A stretch of 64,000 bases of DNA from Patescibacteria group bacterium (GTDB taxonomy: Bacteria; Patescibacteriota; Patescibacteriia; JAXHNJ01): positions 62,230 through 126,229 of the forward strand of contig JAXHNJ010000002.1 in NCBI GenBank assembly GCA_034520665.1, read 5' to 3'. The position numbers and the translations under genes are program-made. Under the pieces are notes generated by a model. It saw only the letters and a list, made by a program, of their open reading frames with translations. It made no database searches and was not told the origin of the DNA. This document shows positions 1 through 9,156 of this stretch, one piece after another (positions within the stretch are counted from its first letter, which is position 1; the number at the start of each line of letters is the position of its first letter).

Positions 1-607
1 CTATTAAATTCTTCTGATAGTGTAATAATTTTAAAAAATAAGTAAAATTAATAATTATTTTAAAAAATAAATATAAATCTAATTCTTTTATAAAAATTAC
101 TATAGAATTCTTAACTTTACAGGGAATAGTTAAAAAAATAATGCCGTCAGTAACTATATTTTTTTTCATTTTTTCCAATGTAAAAATAGGCCTGTCAAGC
201 GCCCATAATGTATTAAAACACAAAATTAAATCAATATTATTAATATTGGGGAAATTATTATTTAAATTAATATTAAGTGTTTCTATTTTCAAAAAAACAC
301 TATTTTTCCGATAATTATCCTTTAAAGATTCGTTACTATTATCAACAGCATAGACATATAATTTTGATAAATCAAAATTATTATTTTTTAAATTTATTAT
401 GATTTTATTTAATAGTGAACCATTTCCAGAGCCCAAATCCATAATTTTTATTTTCTTCTTTTTAATTCCACTAATTACATTGGTTGCTTCATTTATAACC
501 TCATTAATATATAATTTATACTTACCGTGATTGTAAAATAACTTCTCTTGATACTTTAGATAAGAATACCAATTATCAATTTTATGGGGTTGTGTTTTTT
601 TAAACAT
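1..607 (-). CDS. Class I SAM-dependent methyltransferase, 3'-truncated by window edge
   Basis: My own translation of the minus strand gives MFKKTQPHKIDNWYSYLKYQEKLFYNHGKYKLYINEVINEATNVISGIKKKKIKIMDLGSGNGSL..., with a glycine-rich SAM-binding motif I (DLGSGNG). ATG at 607..605 overlaps the stop of the upstream ORF by 8 nt. The ORF runs off the window start, so it is absent from the ORF track. Confidence 0.5.
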   Translation of the reverse strand, partial: MFKKTQPHKIDNWYSYLKYQEKLFYNHGKYKLYINEVINEATNVISGIKKKKIKIMDLGSGNGSLLNKIIINLKNNNFDLSKLYVYAVDNSNESLKDNYRKNSVFLKIETLNINLNNNFPNINNIDLILCFNTLWALDRPIFTLEKMKKNIVTDGIIFLTIPCKVKNSIVIFIKELDLYLFFKIIINFTYFLKLLHYQKNLI

Positions 608-2123
608 ATTGTAACTTAATAGATTTTTTATTTAATCTTTTTCTATCCATATTCTTAACACAAACCGGATAATAGTCTGCTTTTTTTGAGGCATCAGCAA
701 ATTCTTTGTTTTTATTTTTTAAAACATCAAAAATTGTATTTGCAATTAATAAATTAAGCTTATCCTCTTTTACAACACTACCTAAATTATCTTTTAAATC
801 TATTTCTATTGTAAGTACAGGAGACATCTTATCATTTTTTGAAATATACATAAAAAATACGTTATTGTGTAAATCAGCAATTCTTTTATCTAACAATGCA
901 GACTTAATATTCTCTGTATAAACATTTGCTCCTCTAAAAAAAACAGTGCCGTCACTTCTACCAGCAATATAAATAAAAGGAAGTCTACATAATAATTGGG
1001 TATTTTTCGGCAACTTATTCAAATATTCATTAATATTAAACCCGTAATTATCGAGTAAATTAAACATCTTATCAAAACTTATTACTCCTCCCAAATCATG
1101 AATATTATACCTGATAAGAGGAGAAATGGAACTTGTTGTGGCGATAATCTCATTATTAATTTCCTCAACAAAGAAAAAAAGCGGATTATATTGCAATAGC
1201 ATAGGTCCTGCGTTTTTTAAATTCCCAAAAATATCTTTTGCCAATTTGCCATCTTCCATGCACATTCTTCTTATTTTTATTGATAAAAATGTTTCAGAAG
1301 CAGTCCCCGTCCCAAGTTCTGTTACCCCATAGTTAGAAAATATTTTGGGTATGTTAAAATTCTCTAAATTTATTCCTAGTTTTGAAGCAATATAGTCGCG
1401 CCAATTTTCCGGGAATCCCTCACCCCCAACAACTAAGGAAATAGGCACGCAATTATGAAATCCATTGCTATTTATTTTATCAGCCAAATCTTTAATATAT
1501 GGTGGATAACCAGAAATAATTATATGGTCAAATATTTTCTTAAAATTACTTATCACATCTAATGTAATTTCTATATCTGGCCCGGGATTTATTACAGTTA
1601 ATTTATATTTATCCGAGTAAGCAATTTCACGCATCAATCTTGATAATCTTTCACCACTTGGCCATATTCCATAGGCAAAACAATTAATAAATAATGTTTT
1701 GTGTTTTTTTAATTCGGCCAAATTTAATAATGCAAATTCAAATTGTGATCTAGTCCGATAATCTTCTTCTGGTAATCTAAACCAGTAAGTTGGCTTACCG
1801 GAAAATCCTGAGGTACCCTCGATAGAATGAGATTCACTTATTCTTGGATTAATTGATCTATCAACTAAAGAATATTTATTAATATAATTATGTTTATCTA
1901 TAATTGGTAATTTTTTAAATTCTTGGAAACTGTTTATAGAATATTTTAAATAATCATTTTTTTTTAAAAAGGATCTATAAGCTTTTACATTTTTTATTGC
2001 ATAATTAGCAATCCTAATCGCCCTATTTTCCGATCTTTTATTTATATTTGAAGTTGAAAGAAATTTAATAAATAGATTGCTTACAAGGGGTAAATTATTC
2101 AATTTTGCTATTATGCTCATCAT
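600..2123 (-). CDS. Adenylate-forming enzyme, phenylacetate-CoA ligase (PaaK)/CapK/F390-synthetase-like
   Basis: 507 aa. P-loop-like motif TSGFSGKPTYW near residue 100, as in PaaK-type ANL enzymes. Followed by a hinge and C-terminal domain. Translationally coupled to neighbours (4-nt gap upstream, 8-nt overlap downstream). Confidence 0.55.
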   Translation of the reverse strand: MMSIIAKLNNLPLVSNLFIKFLSTSNINKRSENRAIRIANYAIKNVKAYRSFLKKNDYLKYSINSFQEFKKLPIIDKHNYINKYSLVDRSINPRISESHSIEGTSGFSGKPTYWFRLPEEDYRTRSQFEFALLNLAELKKHKTLFINCFAYGIWPSGERLSRLMREIAYSDKYKLTVINPGPDIEITLDVISNFKKIFDHIIISGYPPYIKDLADKINSNGFHNCVPISLVVGGEGFPENWRDYIASKLGINLENFNIPKIFSNYGVTELGTGTASETFLSIKIRRMCMEDGKLAKDIFGNLKNAGPMLLQYNPLFFFVEEINNEIIATTSSISPLIRYNIHDLGGVISFDKMFNLLDNYGFNINEYLNKLPKNTQLLCRLPFIYIAGRSDGTVFFRGANVYTENIKSALLDKRIADLHNNVFFMYISKNDKMSPVLTIEIDLKDNLGSVVKEDKLNLLIANTIFDVLKNKNKEFADASKKADYYPVCVKNMDRKRLNKKSIKLQYV

Positions 2124-2127
2124 AACA

Positions 2128-2826
2128 TTATATTTTTATCTCTGGAGTTTTTTTTGTCAAATATTTCGAAAAAGCAGGATTCATTTTATTCATATTCTCC
2201 GCCGCTTTATTAATATTTAAACACATAGTAAAAGAGGGGCATTGATGATTAATCTTGCTATAAAAATAAGGACCACTAACTTTTTTAAAACCGAATATAA
2301 GATAACGATCAGTAAAAAGGGTGGATACTGAGATACAAAAATTATTTATTCCGCATTTTTTTGCATAAAGCATAGCCCCCTTAACCAAACCAAAATAAAT
2401 TCTGATATTTTTTCTATAAGTTTTAGATATAATAAATCTACTTAATTCTGCAATATTTTTATTATATTTTCTATATTCTTTCAATGAATAATAACTTTCC
2501 GAAGGAAGTTCTGGATTATATAAATCATTTGGCACAATTCTCATCATACCTATTATTATATTATTTCTATCAATAGCAATAATACTCGCAGTTCCACTTC
2601 GTTTATCAAATTCATCAATTTCTTGTTTTTCTGAATAGTTCTCAGGATTTAAATACCCTTTTTCTAGGCAATAAACTTCGTAACGCAATCTATAAGTTTT
2701 TTTTAATTCATCATCACTACTTGCAATTCTAAACTCTATTATTTCAGTAGAGTTGGATTGAAAAATATACTTAAATAATAAAATCCATTTTATGAAAATT
2801 GCCTTTAGTTTTTTTCTAAAATTCAT
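2128..2826 (-). CDS. GNAT-fold N-acyltransferase, N-acyl amino acid synthase / PEP-CTERM-associated acyltransferase / LuxI-like family (paralog A)
   Basis: 232 aa. Motif YRLRYEVYCLEKGYL followed by a SRF/ELSR-type segment, typical of the Acetyltransf_5 / autoinducer-synthase-like GNATs. Two paralogs lie at 5964..6671 and 9157..9849. Confidence 0.5.
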   Translation of the reverse strand: MNFRKKLKAIFIKWILLFKYIFQSNSTEIIEFRIASSDDELKKTYRLRYEVYCLEKGYLNPENYSEKQEIDEFDKRSGTASIIAIDRNNIIIGMMRIVPNDLYNPELPSESYYSLKEYRKYNKNIAELSRFIISKTYRKNIRIYFGLVKGAMLYAKKCGINNFCISVSTLFTDRYLIFGFKKVSGPYFYSKINHQCPSFTMCLNINKAAENMNKMNPAFSKYLTKKTPEIKI

Positions 2827-2861
2827 TTATTTACTATAAATATTTTACTCACTTCCGACAC

Positions 2862-2895
2862 CTTTCAATTATACCACTATACCACCAAAATCAAA
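2862..2895 (-). promoter_or_regulatory. Sigma-70-like promoter for GNAT-A operon (-35 TTGATT, 15-nt spacer, extended -10 TGgTATAAT)
   Basis: Minus-strand sense tttTTGATTttggtggtatagTGgTATAATtgaaagg lies about 40 nt upstream of the GNAT ATG. The TATAAT box is conserved in all three repeat copies. Confidence 0.4.
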
Positions 2896-3100
2896 AAAAC
2901 TCCAATTTCTCTGGAAGCTAAAAAAGCCCTAATCTAAAAGACTAAAGCCGGTTAATTTAAATTAATTCGTGAAAATAAATTAGTGGTAAAGTCCTGCACC
3001 TGCTGGTACAGCCGGGCGTTTTCTAAAGCTACCGCGGCTTGATTAGAAAGTGTAGAAAGTAGCTCAATATCTTCTTTGGTGTAAGCATCTTTAGAAATTT
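2880..3100 (-). repeat. Conserved ~220 bp element, copy A: 3' end of 7TM-GAF gene + terminator + GNAT promoter
   Basis: About 85-90% nucleotide identity to 6720..6945 and 9890..10105, while the flanking coding sequences are only distantly related at protein level. Confidence 0.7.
2893..2918 (-). terminator. Possible intrinsic terminator of the 7TM-GAF gene (imperfect hairpin GCTTCCAG-agaaa-TTGGAG followed by T7)
   Basis: Hairpin plus a 7-T run immediately 3' of the GAF-gene stop. Conserved in the three repeat copies. The stem is imperfect. Confidence 0.3.
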
Positions 3101-4400
3101 TATGACCTAAGATGAAAAGACCGTTGATTTGATCCTTAACCACAAAAGGTAGAACTATGGATACACCCATTTTTTTTAAAACTTGGGCCTGAGCTAAAAG
3201 CTCCTGGTTTTCTTTTTGCTTTGATCTGGATAATATTTCACCAATCACGACCGGTTTTTTAGTTTCCTCTAAATAGCGACAGAAATGCTGATAAGCACAG
3301 ACCTCTTCCAATTTATTCTTATCAAAACCAAGAATTTTATACAAAGAAAAAGGTTTTTGGCTGTTTCGGTTAGCAATGGCTACGGCTAGATTATCTAGGC
3401 GCATGGCATTTTGAATGGTTTTAATCACAACCTTAACCACCTCATCCAAATTAATAGTTTTAGAAATATTTTTTCCAAATTTTTCTAGAACTTCTTGATA
3501 ATCATAAAGACCAGAAAAGAAGTATTTATTGGCAAATCTTTTTAAAAATTTACTTAAATAATTAAAGCTTAGGAGAAATAAGGGAACAATAATAAGAGCC
3601 GAGAGATAAGAGCCTAAGGCAAAAGGACTTTTGAAGAAAAAATTATCAAACCAAAGAACAAAATAATAAGCGGAAAAAATAAAAAGAGCTAGTCCGACAT
3701 AAATAAATGATTTACGGAGAACAAAGCGGATGTCCATAAGACGGTGCTTAATAATGGAGTATGAAGTAACCCCAATAAAAATTAACATAAATAATGGCGC
3801 ATAAACACTAAAATTAATAATTCCAAACAAAGGTAATATCGCATTAGTTATAATACTAAGAAATGCCGAAATTGATATTCCCCAAAATAAATATTTTATT
3901 TGTTCCCTGAATATACCGCTACTGTTTCTAAACTTTATTAATAGATTTTTAAGAGACAGTCCTACATATATTAAAAAATACGCAATAAAAAAATAATACA
4001 TCACGCCTGGAATAGTTTCAGCACCCCAATCATGAATAATGGTTTCTTTAATATTTAATCTTGTCGGAGTTAATATTATAAAAATAAAAACTGGAATTGC
4101 TAAAATAATAAAATCTTTTTTTGTATATTTTCTTGTTAAATATGGAAAATAATTAGTAAATATCAATAGCAGATAAACTATAAAAATTGGACCAATAATG
4201 GTTAATTTTCCAAAAAATGTTGCAATATCAATATTTTTCGTAGTATCAGCAATAAGCAAAGTAGCTATCCATAAAGAAAGACTAAAAACTAATAATGAGA
4301 ATAATACATTAATAGGATTATTAGATTTTTTCTTATAAATAATAAAACCCAATATAATTGAAATTATTAAACTCGGTAGATATGTAATATATTTTATCAT
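2952..4400 (-). CDS. Polytopic membrane sensor: N-terminal multi-TM (histidine-kinase-type 7TM-like) domain + C-terminal GAF domain, no kinase/output domain
   Basis: 482 aa. About 8 hydrophobic helices in the first 300 aa. C-terminal GAF-like block (LAVAIANRN...LPFVVKDQINGLFILGHK...LSNQAAVALENARLYQQ). Ends without a HisKA/HATPase domain. Confidence 0.5.
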   Translation of the reverse strand: MIKYITYLPSLIISIILGFIIYKKKSNNPINVLFSLLVFSLSLWIATLLIADTTKNIDIATFFGKLTIIGPIFIVYLLLIFTNYFPYLTRKYTKKDFIILAIPVFIFIILTPTRLNIKETIIHDWGAETIPGVMYYFFIAYFLIYVGLSLKNLLIKFRNSSGIFREQIKYLFWGISISAFLSIITNAILPLFGIINFSVYAPLFMLIFIGVTSYSIIKHRLMDIRFVLRKSFIYVGLALFIFSAYYFVLWFDNFFFKSPFALGSYLSALIIVPLFLLSFNYLSKFLKRFANKYFFSGLYDYQEVLEKFGKNISKTINLDEVVKVVIKTIQNAMRLDNLAVAIANRNSQKPFSLYKILGFDKNKLEEVCAYQHFCRYLEETKKPVVIGEILSRSKQKENQELLAQAQVLKKMGVSIVLPFVVKDQINGLFILGHKISKDAYTKEDIELLSTLSNQAAVALENARLYQQVQDFTTNLFSRINLN

Positions 4401-4404
4401 TAGT

Positions 4405-5103
4405 TTAATCCTTTATAGCTATTAACATAATATTTTGACCCGCATAAACAATCTGACTATTAATTACCCTAAAATTATTTTTACTAAATAAACTTATATA
4501 ATCTTTAACGGAAAAAAAATTATAAAATCCCCCTTTTGCTTTTCTATCTATAATTTTATTAAAATACAGCAATATAATATATATTTTTATATTTTTTATA
4601 ATAAAGAATAACCCCCGAAAAAAACCATAATTTTTAAAAAATAACCGACAATCATTCTTAAATATTTTAATATTTTTGAATGATTTAAGTGGATCAGTCA
4701 CCACGATAATACCTCCTTTTTTAATTATTCTATAAAATTCTTTTACAATTAAATGTAAATGCTTTTTTTTAAAAACATACAATGTATTTATGCAGATAAT
4801 TCTATCAAATAAATTATTAGGAAAAAGTAATTTATTGCCTAGGTCTGCATGATATAATTTTGCATTTTTATGTTTTTCATTCAATAACTTCAGGGCTTTT
4901 TTTGAATTATCAATACTATGTACTTCATGGCCCATATCAAGAAGTTTTTTTGAGATTTGACCAGGTCCACATCCAGCATCAAGTATTATGTCTGAATTTC
5001 TGAGTTTTAAATTTTTAACTACTAAATTTAATAATTCATTATACGAGGGAGATAATTCCACAAACTTATTGTATGCCTTGTGATATTTATTCCAGAATTT
5101 CAT
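4405..5103 (-). CDS. Class I SAM-dependent methyltransferase
   Basis: 232 aa. Motif I ILDAGCGPGQ, acidic motif II SIDNS, motif post-I. A 4-nt gap to the downstream 7TM-GAF gene. Confidence 0.6.
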   Translation of the reverse strand: MKFWNKYHKAYNKFVELSPSYNELLNLVVKNLKLRNSDIILDAGCGPGQISKKLLDMGHEVHSIDNSKKALKLLNEKHKNAKLYHADLGNKLLFPNNLFDRIICINTLYVFKKKHLHLIVKEFYRIIKKGGIIVVTDPLKSFKNIKIFKNDCRLFFKNYGFFRGLFFIIKNIKIYIILLYFNKIIDRKAKGGFYNFFSVKDYISLFSKNNFRVINSQIVYAGQNIMLIAIKD

Positions 5104-5177
5104 TATTTTAAAAAATTAAAACTCAAAATTATTAGATTAAGAAGAACGGCGATTATTTGAAAAATTAAATGGCTCAT
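5103..5177 (-). CDS. Candidate 24-aa hydrophobic small ORF (MSHLIFQIIAVLLNLIILSFNFLK), translationally coupled
   Basis: ATG lies 8 nt after the ThiF-A stop. Its TAA overlaps the methyltransferase ATG as TAATG. It is below the ORF-track size cutoff and I found it by manual translation. Confidence 0.25.
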   Translation of the reverse strand: MSHLIFQIIAVLLNLIILSFNFLK

Positions 5178-5184
5178 TTCTTTA

Positions 5185-5952
5185 TTATTTAATAAATTCA
5201 GTTAAATCAATATGATTATATTTAGGGGGAATGTAATTTCTATCGCTAATTATTTTTATAATATTCGTAACTATAAGAGATGAGGTTAAATTTGAAGCAA
5301 CCGCAAGTTGAGGATTAAATTTATTTATCTTTTTAATTAGCTCACTACTTTTATTAATAATATATTCTGGCATTTTTATCATTCCATTTTTATATAAACT
5401 AACAATAAAATCTAATTCACTTTTGGGTTTATTATTTTTTAAAAAATCATCTAAAGGGCCTGTTTTTTTATTAATAGTAATGAGCAAGGCTCCAAATCCT
5501 AAATTCATAGGTATAAAAACAGTTTTATCTTCATCTATAGTTTTATCTATTAATTTATAAAAAATATCATTAAGGTCTAAAGTATTTATAATAAAATCAT
5601 AATTTTTTACTAAGCGTAAGTGATTTGCTTTAAATTCTTTTGAATATGCAGTTATATCAGACGAAGGATTTATTAATTTTATAATACATTCCAAGGATTT
5701 AGCTTTGTTTTTACTTAAAAAATCCAAATTAAATACTTGCCTGTTTAAATTTGAAATTGTAACATTGTCAAAATCAAACAAAGTAAATCTTGCAAATCCC
5801 GTCCTTGTTGCTAATAAGGCAATGTTTCCGCCAAGCCCACAACCAGCAAACATTAAACTTATACTTTTTATCTTTTCTTGCATATCAGAATCAATAAACA
5901 AACAATTTCTGCTAATCATTTCGTTGTAATTGTATTGATATTTGTTTAACAT
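5185..5952 (-). CDS. ThiF/MoeB/HesA-family E1-like adenylyltransferase (paralog A)
   Basis: 255 aa. Rossmann nucleotide motif FAGCGLGGN and the E1 signature ISNLNRQ. Only the adenylation domain is present (no rhodanese domain, no CxxC pairs). Its size resembles TcdA/MccB-core-like enzymes. Confidence 0.6.
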   Translation of the reverse strand: MLNKYQYNYNEMISRNCLFIDSDMQEKIKSISLMFAGCGLGGNIALLATRTGFARFTLFDFDNVTISNLNRQVFNLDFLSKNKAKSLECIIKLINPSSDITAYSKEFKANHLRLVKNYDFIINTLDLNDIFYKLIDKTIDEDKTVFIPMNLGFGALLITINKKTGPLDDFLKNNKPKSELDFIVSLYKNGMIKMPEYIINKSSELIKKINKFNPQLAVASNLTSSLIVTNIIKIISDRNYIPPKYNHIDLTEFIK

Positions 5953-5963
5953 CTTATATTTTT

Positions 5964-6671
5964 TTAAAACTCAAAATTATTTGATTTATAATTATAAAAA
6001 TAGAATAATAATCTATCTTTTTCTTTAACTTCGTCCGCTTTTTTTTTAATGTCAATAAAAAAGGGATAGTTGATGGCATTGAAGCAAAATTTGGGCTCAC
6101 CAATTAATTCAACTTCACCAACATAGTTATCAAGAGTTTTTAGAAACCATTTTTCCGCACAACCGAACCAGAATAAATAATCATTTTGCCTAGAAAAAAG
6201 ATAAATCGCTTTAAACATATCTAGCAAAAGCATTGTCTTCCTATAATCGGGGTGTATCATGAATCTTGATAATTCGGTTATTTTTTCTCGGGGAACATTT
6301 TTTAATCTTTTTACTAAATCAAATTCTTTTTCTGTGGGAAACCCAAGTGGCGAGTTCTTTATTATTCTTGAGGTACCAACAATGTTATTATAACGATCGA
6401 ACGCAATAATATGATCGGCGTATTTATCATATAAATCAGTTTCCTTTTTGTCGGGATACTCTTCTTTATTTAATAAGCCATCAACATTGCAATAAATATT
6501 ATATCTAAATTTATACACGCGCTCCATTAGTTCCTTGTTCTCTTCATCTCTAACAAAAATCAATTTGTATTGTTTATAAGGCCGCCTTAAATGAAACAAT
6601 AAATAAGCGCGCAGTAAAAATATTACTATGGGATTTTTGCTATTTTTTATTTTCTTTGCTGAAAAATTCAT
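5964..6671 (-). CDS. GNAT-fold N-acyltransferase, N-acyl amino acid synthase/LuxI-like (paralog B)
   Basis: 235 aa. Motif YKFRYNIYCNVDGLL and ELSRF. Distant paralog of 2128..2826 and 9157..9849. Confidence 0.5.
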   Translation of the reverse strand: MNFSAKKIKNSKNPIVIFLLRAYLLFHLRRPYKQYKLIFVRDEENKELMERVYKFRYNIYCNVDGLLNKEEYPDKKETDLYDKYADHIIAFDRYNNIVGTSRIIKNSPLGFPTEKEFDLVKRLKNVPREKITELSRFMIHPDYRKTMLLLDMFKAIYLFSRQNDYLFWFGCAEKWFLKTLDNYVGEVELIGEPKFCFNAINYPFFIDIKKKADEVKEKDRLLFYFYNYKSNNFEF

Positions 6672-6719
6672 TATATTACCCTTTGTTCAAATTCTTCTTT
6701 CTTTACCCTGCTTTAATTA

Positions 6720-6945
6720 TACCTAAAAAATTAAAAAAGCTCCAATTTCCCTGGAAGCCAAAAAAGCCCTAATCTAAAAGGTTAAAGCCGGTTGATTTAA
6801 ATTAATTCGTGAAAATAAATTAGTGGTAAAGTCCTGCACTTGCTGGTACAGCCGGGCGTTTTCTAAAGCAATAGAGGCTTGGTTGGTCAGAGAATTAAGA
6901 AGCTGTAGATCTTCTTTAGTTTAGGCATCTTTGGAAATCTTTTCA
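6720..6945 (-). repeat. Conserved ~220 bp element, copy B (GAF 3' end + terminator + promoter)
   Basis: Near-identical to 2880..3100. In this copy the GAF stop TAA is mutated to CAA and an upstream in-frame TAA is present. Confidence 0.7.
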
Positions 6946-8254
6946 CCTAAGACAATAATGCCGATCAATTTATTTTTAATAATCAAAGGCAGACACAAGG
7001 CCGCTTCAATTCTTTTCATATTAGCCTTTAATTTACCGATTTCCGACTTTTCACCCTGCCCATTACTTTTTAAAGACTCCAGTTTTTTGGTAAATAACTG
7101 GTTTTCTTTTTTCTAAAAGATAATTGGTGAGGAAATTATTTCTGACTAGAGAAATGCCGTTAGCTACGGAAAAGCCAATATTGCTCTTAACCTGGTAATT
7201 ATGGGTTTCTTGGTCAAATAATAAAACACCGGTTCGGTCCAGTTTCATGGTGTCTCTAATAGTTTTGACAATGGAAGTCAATGATTTGATCTAAATCAAT
7301 AGAATGAGTCAGTTTCTGGGCCAGTTTTTCCAGAGTAGCCTGGTAGTTGTAAATACTGGCAAAGAAGTATTTGTTGGCAATTCTTTCTAGGTAATTCTTT
7401 AAGGACTCAAAGAGGATTAAGCCGAGCAAAAGGACAATTGGGCCCCAAACACCCGGAGGAATGATTTCCTTGAAATAAGTCATTTCCAGCCAGTAAAGGC
7501 CGAGGGCGAGAAGGATAATTATAATAATGGTGGAAGCATAGATGGCAGTTCTTTTCACGACCAGGCGGATGTCCATGAGGCGGTGGCGGACGATGGCGTA
7601 GGAGGTGAAAACCACGAAAAAAATTATTGACTGAATACCTATATAACTAAATTCTTGAATATTAAATATAGGCAAAATAATGTTAGTTAAAATTGCAATA
7701 ACAGCAGAAATTAATATACCCAAGAAAACATATTTCATTTGCATTCTATGCAACCCTGAACTATTTTTATATTTTATTATTGCTTCGATAAAAGCATAAA
7801 TTATAAATAGAAGGAAATATATAATAAAAAATAAATAAAATGAACCGTAGATAAAATTTGTTCCCCATTCTTGAATATCTACATCTTTTACAATCAAGTT
7901 GGTGTACAGTAAAACTAATAATAATAATGGTACTATATAAATAAATAGTAACTTTTTTTTGGTAATTTCATTTTTATAAAAGGGGAATACGAGACTGAAA
8001 TGGAGTAATATTGCTGGTATTATTATTGGTCCTATAAAAACAATTTTACTTAAACTTAAAGCAATATTCTCATTTATTGCTCTATCTACTAAATAAGTGG
8101 AGAATATCCAAAATCCAATTACAAAAACTAAAAAACCAAAAATAATACTTTCTTTTTTGCCTTTAGATTCATAAAAAACATAAAAACAAAGCAAAAAATT
8201 GAGTAGTAAGATTATCAATGTAATTATTGAAGTAATATCAAATGAAAAATCCAT
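6790..8254 (-). pseudogene. Disrupted paralog of the 7TM-GAF sensor (fragmented into at least three frames)
   Basis: ORF 7256..8254 encodes the intact multi-TM N-terminal region and aligns with 2952..4400 (shared ...HRLMDIR...KYFF...Y.YQ motifs). GAF fragments appear in a different frame (7063..7281). The C-terminal ~50 codons are in a further frame with an internal TAA. Confidence 0.5.
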
Positions 8255-8262
8255 AATTAGTT

Positions 8263-9033
8263 TTATTTATTCGTATAAGCATCAAAAAATATTGGCACTG
8301 GCGCAAAATTAATTTTTACACCTTGAATAAGCTTAATTATTGCTGTTAAAGTAATCGAAGCCACAATATATGATCCAATACAAATTTGCGGATAATACCC
8401 TCTTTTTTTAATTTCTTGAAAAATACTATTAATATTTTTATTTTTTAAAAACGGAAGAGAATACTCTTCTAACGATTTAAATAATTTAATATAAAATTCA
8501 TGATCATTTTTAGGTATGTGATTGCCCCAAATTGATTCAGGCGATGCAGAATGTTTATTAAAAAGCAATAATAATCCTCGAAAACCCAAATTAAAGGGAC
8601 ATAATACAGTTTTATCATTTTTAATAAAATTCGAGATTACTGAAAAATAAATTTTATTAAGATCAACCGTGTTAACTACAAAATCATGTTTTTTTATTAA
8701 ACTTTTCAAAATTTTCTCATTAATATATTTATTTATTACCCTGATATTCGCATTAGAATTAATGTTTATTAAACGTTTTTTTAATCGCTTCGCTTTATTA
8801 TAATTTAAATCATCTAGAATATATGATTGTCTATTTAGATTTGAGATGTTAACTTCATCTCCGTCAGCAATTGTAATATTAGTGAATCCCATTCGAACCG
8901 CCACCTCTGAAATCACACTACCCAAACCACATCCAGCAAAAAGAATGCTAGTTTTTTTTATTTTTTTTTGTAAATTAGAGTCTATATAAATCCAATTTCT
9001 ACTTATAAACGTGTTATAATCAAAATTTTTCAT
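8263..9033 (-). CDS. ThiF/MoeB/HesA-family E1-like adenylyltransferase (paralog B)
   Basis: 256 aa. FAGCGLGS and VNISNLNRQ. About 30-35% identity by eye to 5185..5952. Confidence 0.6.
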   Translation of the reverse strand: MKNFDYNTFISRNWIYIDSNLQKKIKKTSILFAGCGLGSVISEVAVRMGFTNITIADGDEVNISNLNRQSYILDDLNYNKAKRLKKRLININSNANIRVINKYINEKILKSLIKKHDFVVNTVDLNKIYFSVISNFIKNDKTVLCPFNLGFRGLLLLFNKHSASPESIWGNHIPKNDHEFYIKLFKSLEEYSLPFLKNKNINSIFQEIKKRGYYPQICIGSYIVASITLTAIIKLIQGVKINFAPVPIFFDAYTNK

Positions 9034-9156
9034 TTTTTATATTATTGTTGGTTAATTCTTGTTTATCTATTGCATATACTACTCTAAATCCTTGATAAAA
9101 GAAAATGTAAACCTTCATGAATACAAAATATATTTATTCAAAAAAATTATTTATAA

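Noticed and set aside
5705-5929. 74-aa plus-strand ORF inside ThiF-A
   Set aside because: Antisense to a motif-supported gene. Hydrophobic low-complexity translation.
9020-9118. 32-aa minus-strand ORF (MKVYIFFYQGFRVVYAIDKQELTNNNIKNEKF) upstream of ThiF-B
   Set aside because: It overlaps the ThiF start out of frame and has no obvious RBS. The AT-rich intergenic region yields such ORFs by chance. Kept only as a weak note.
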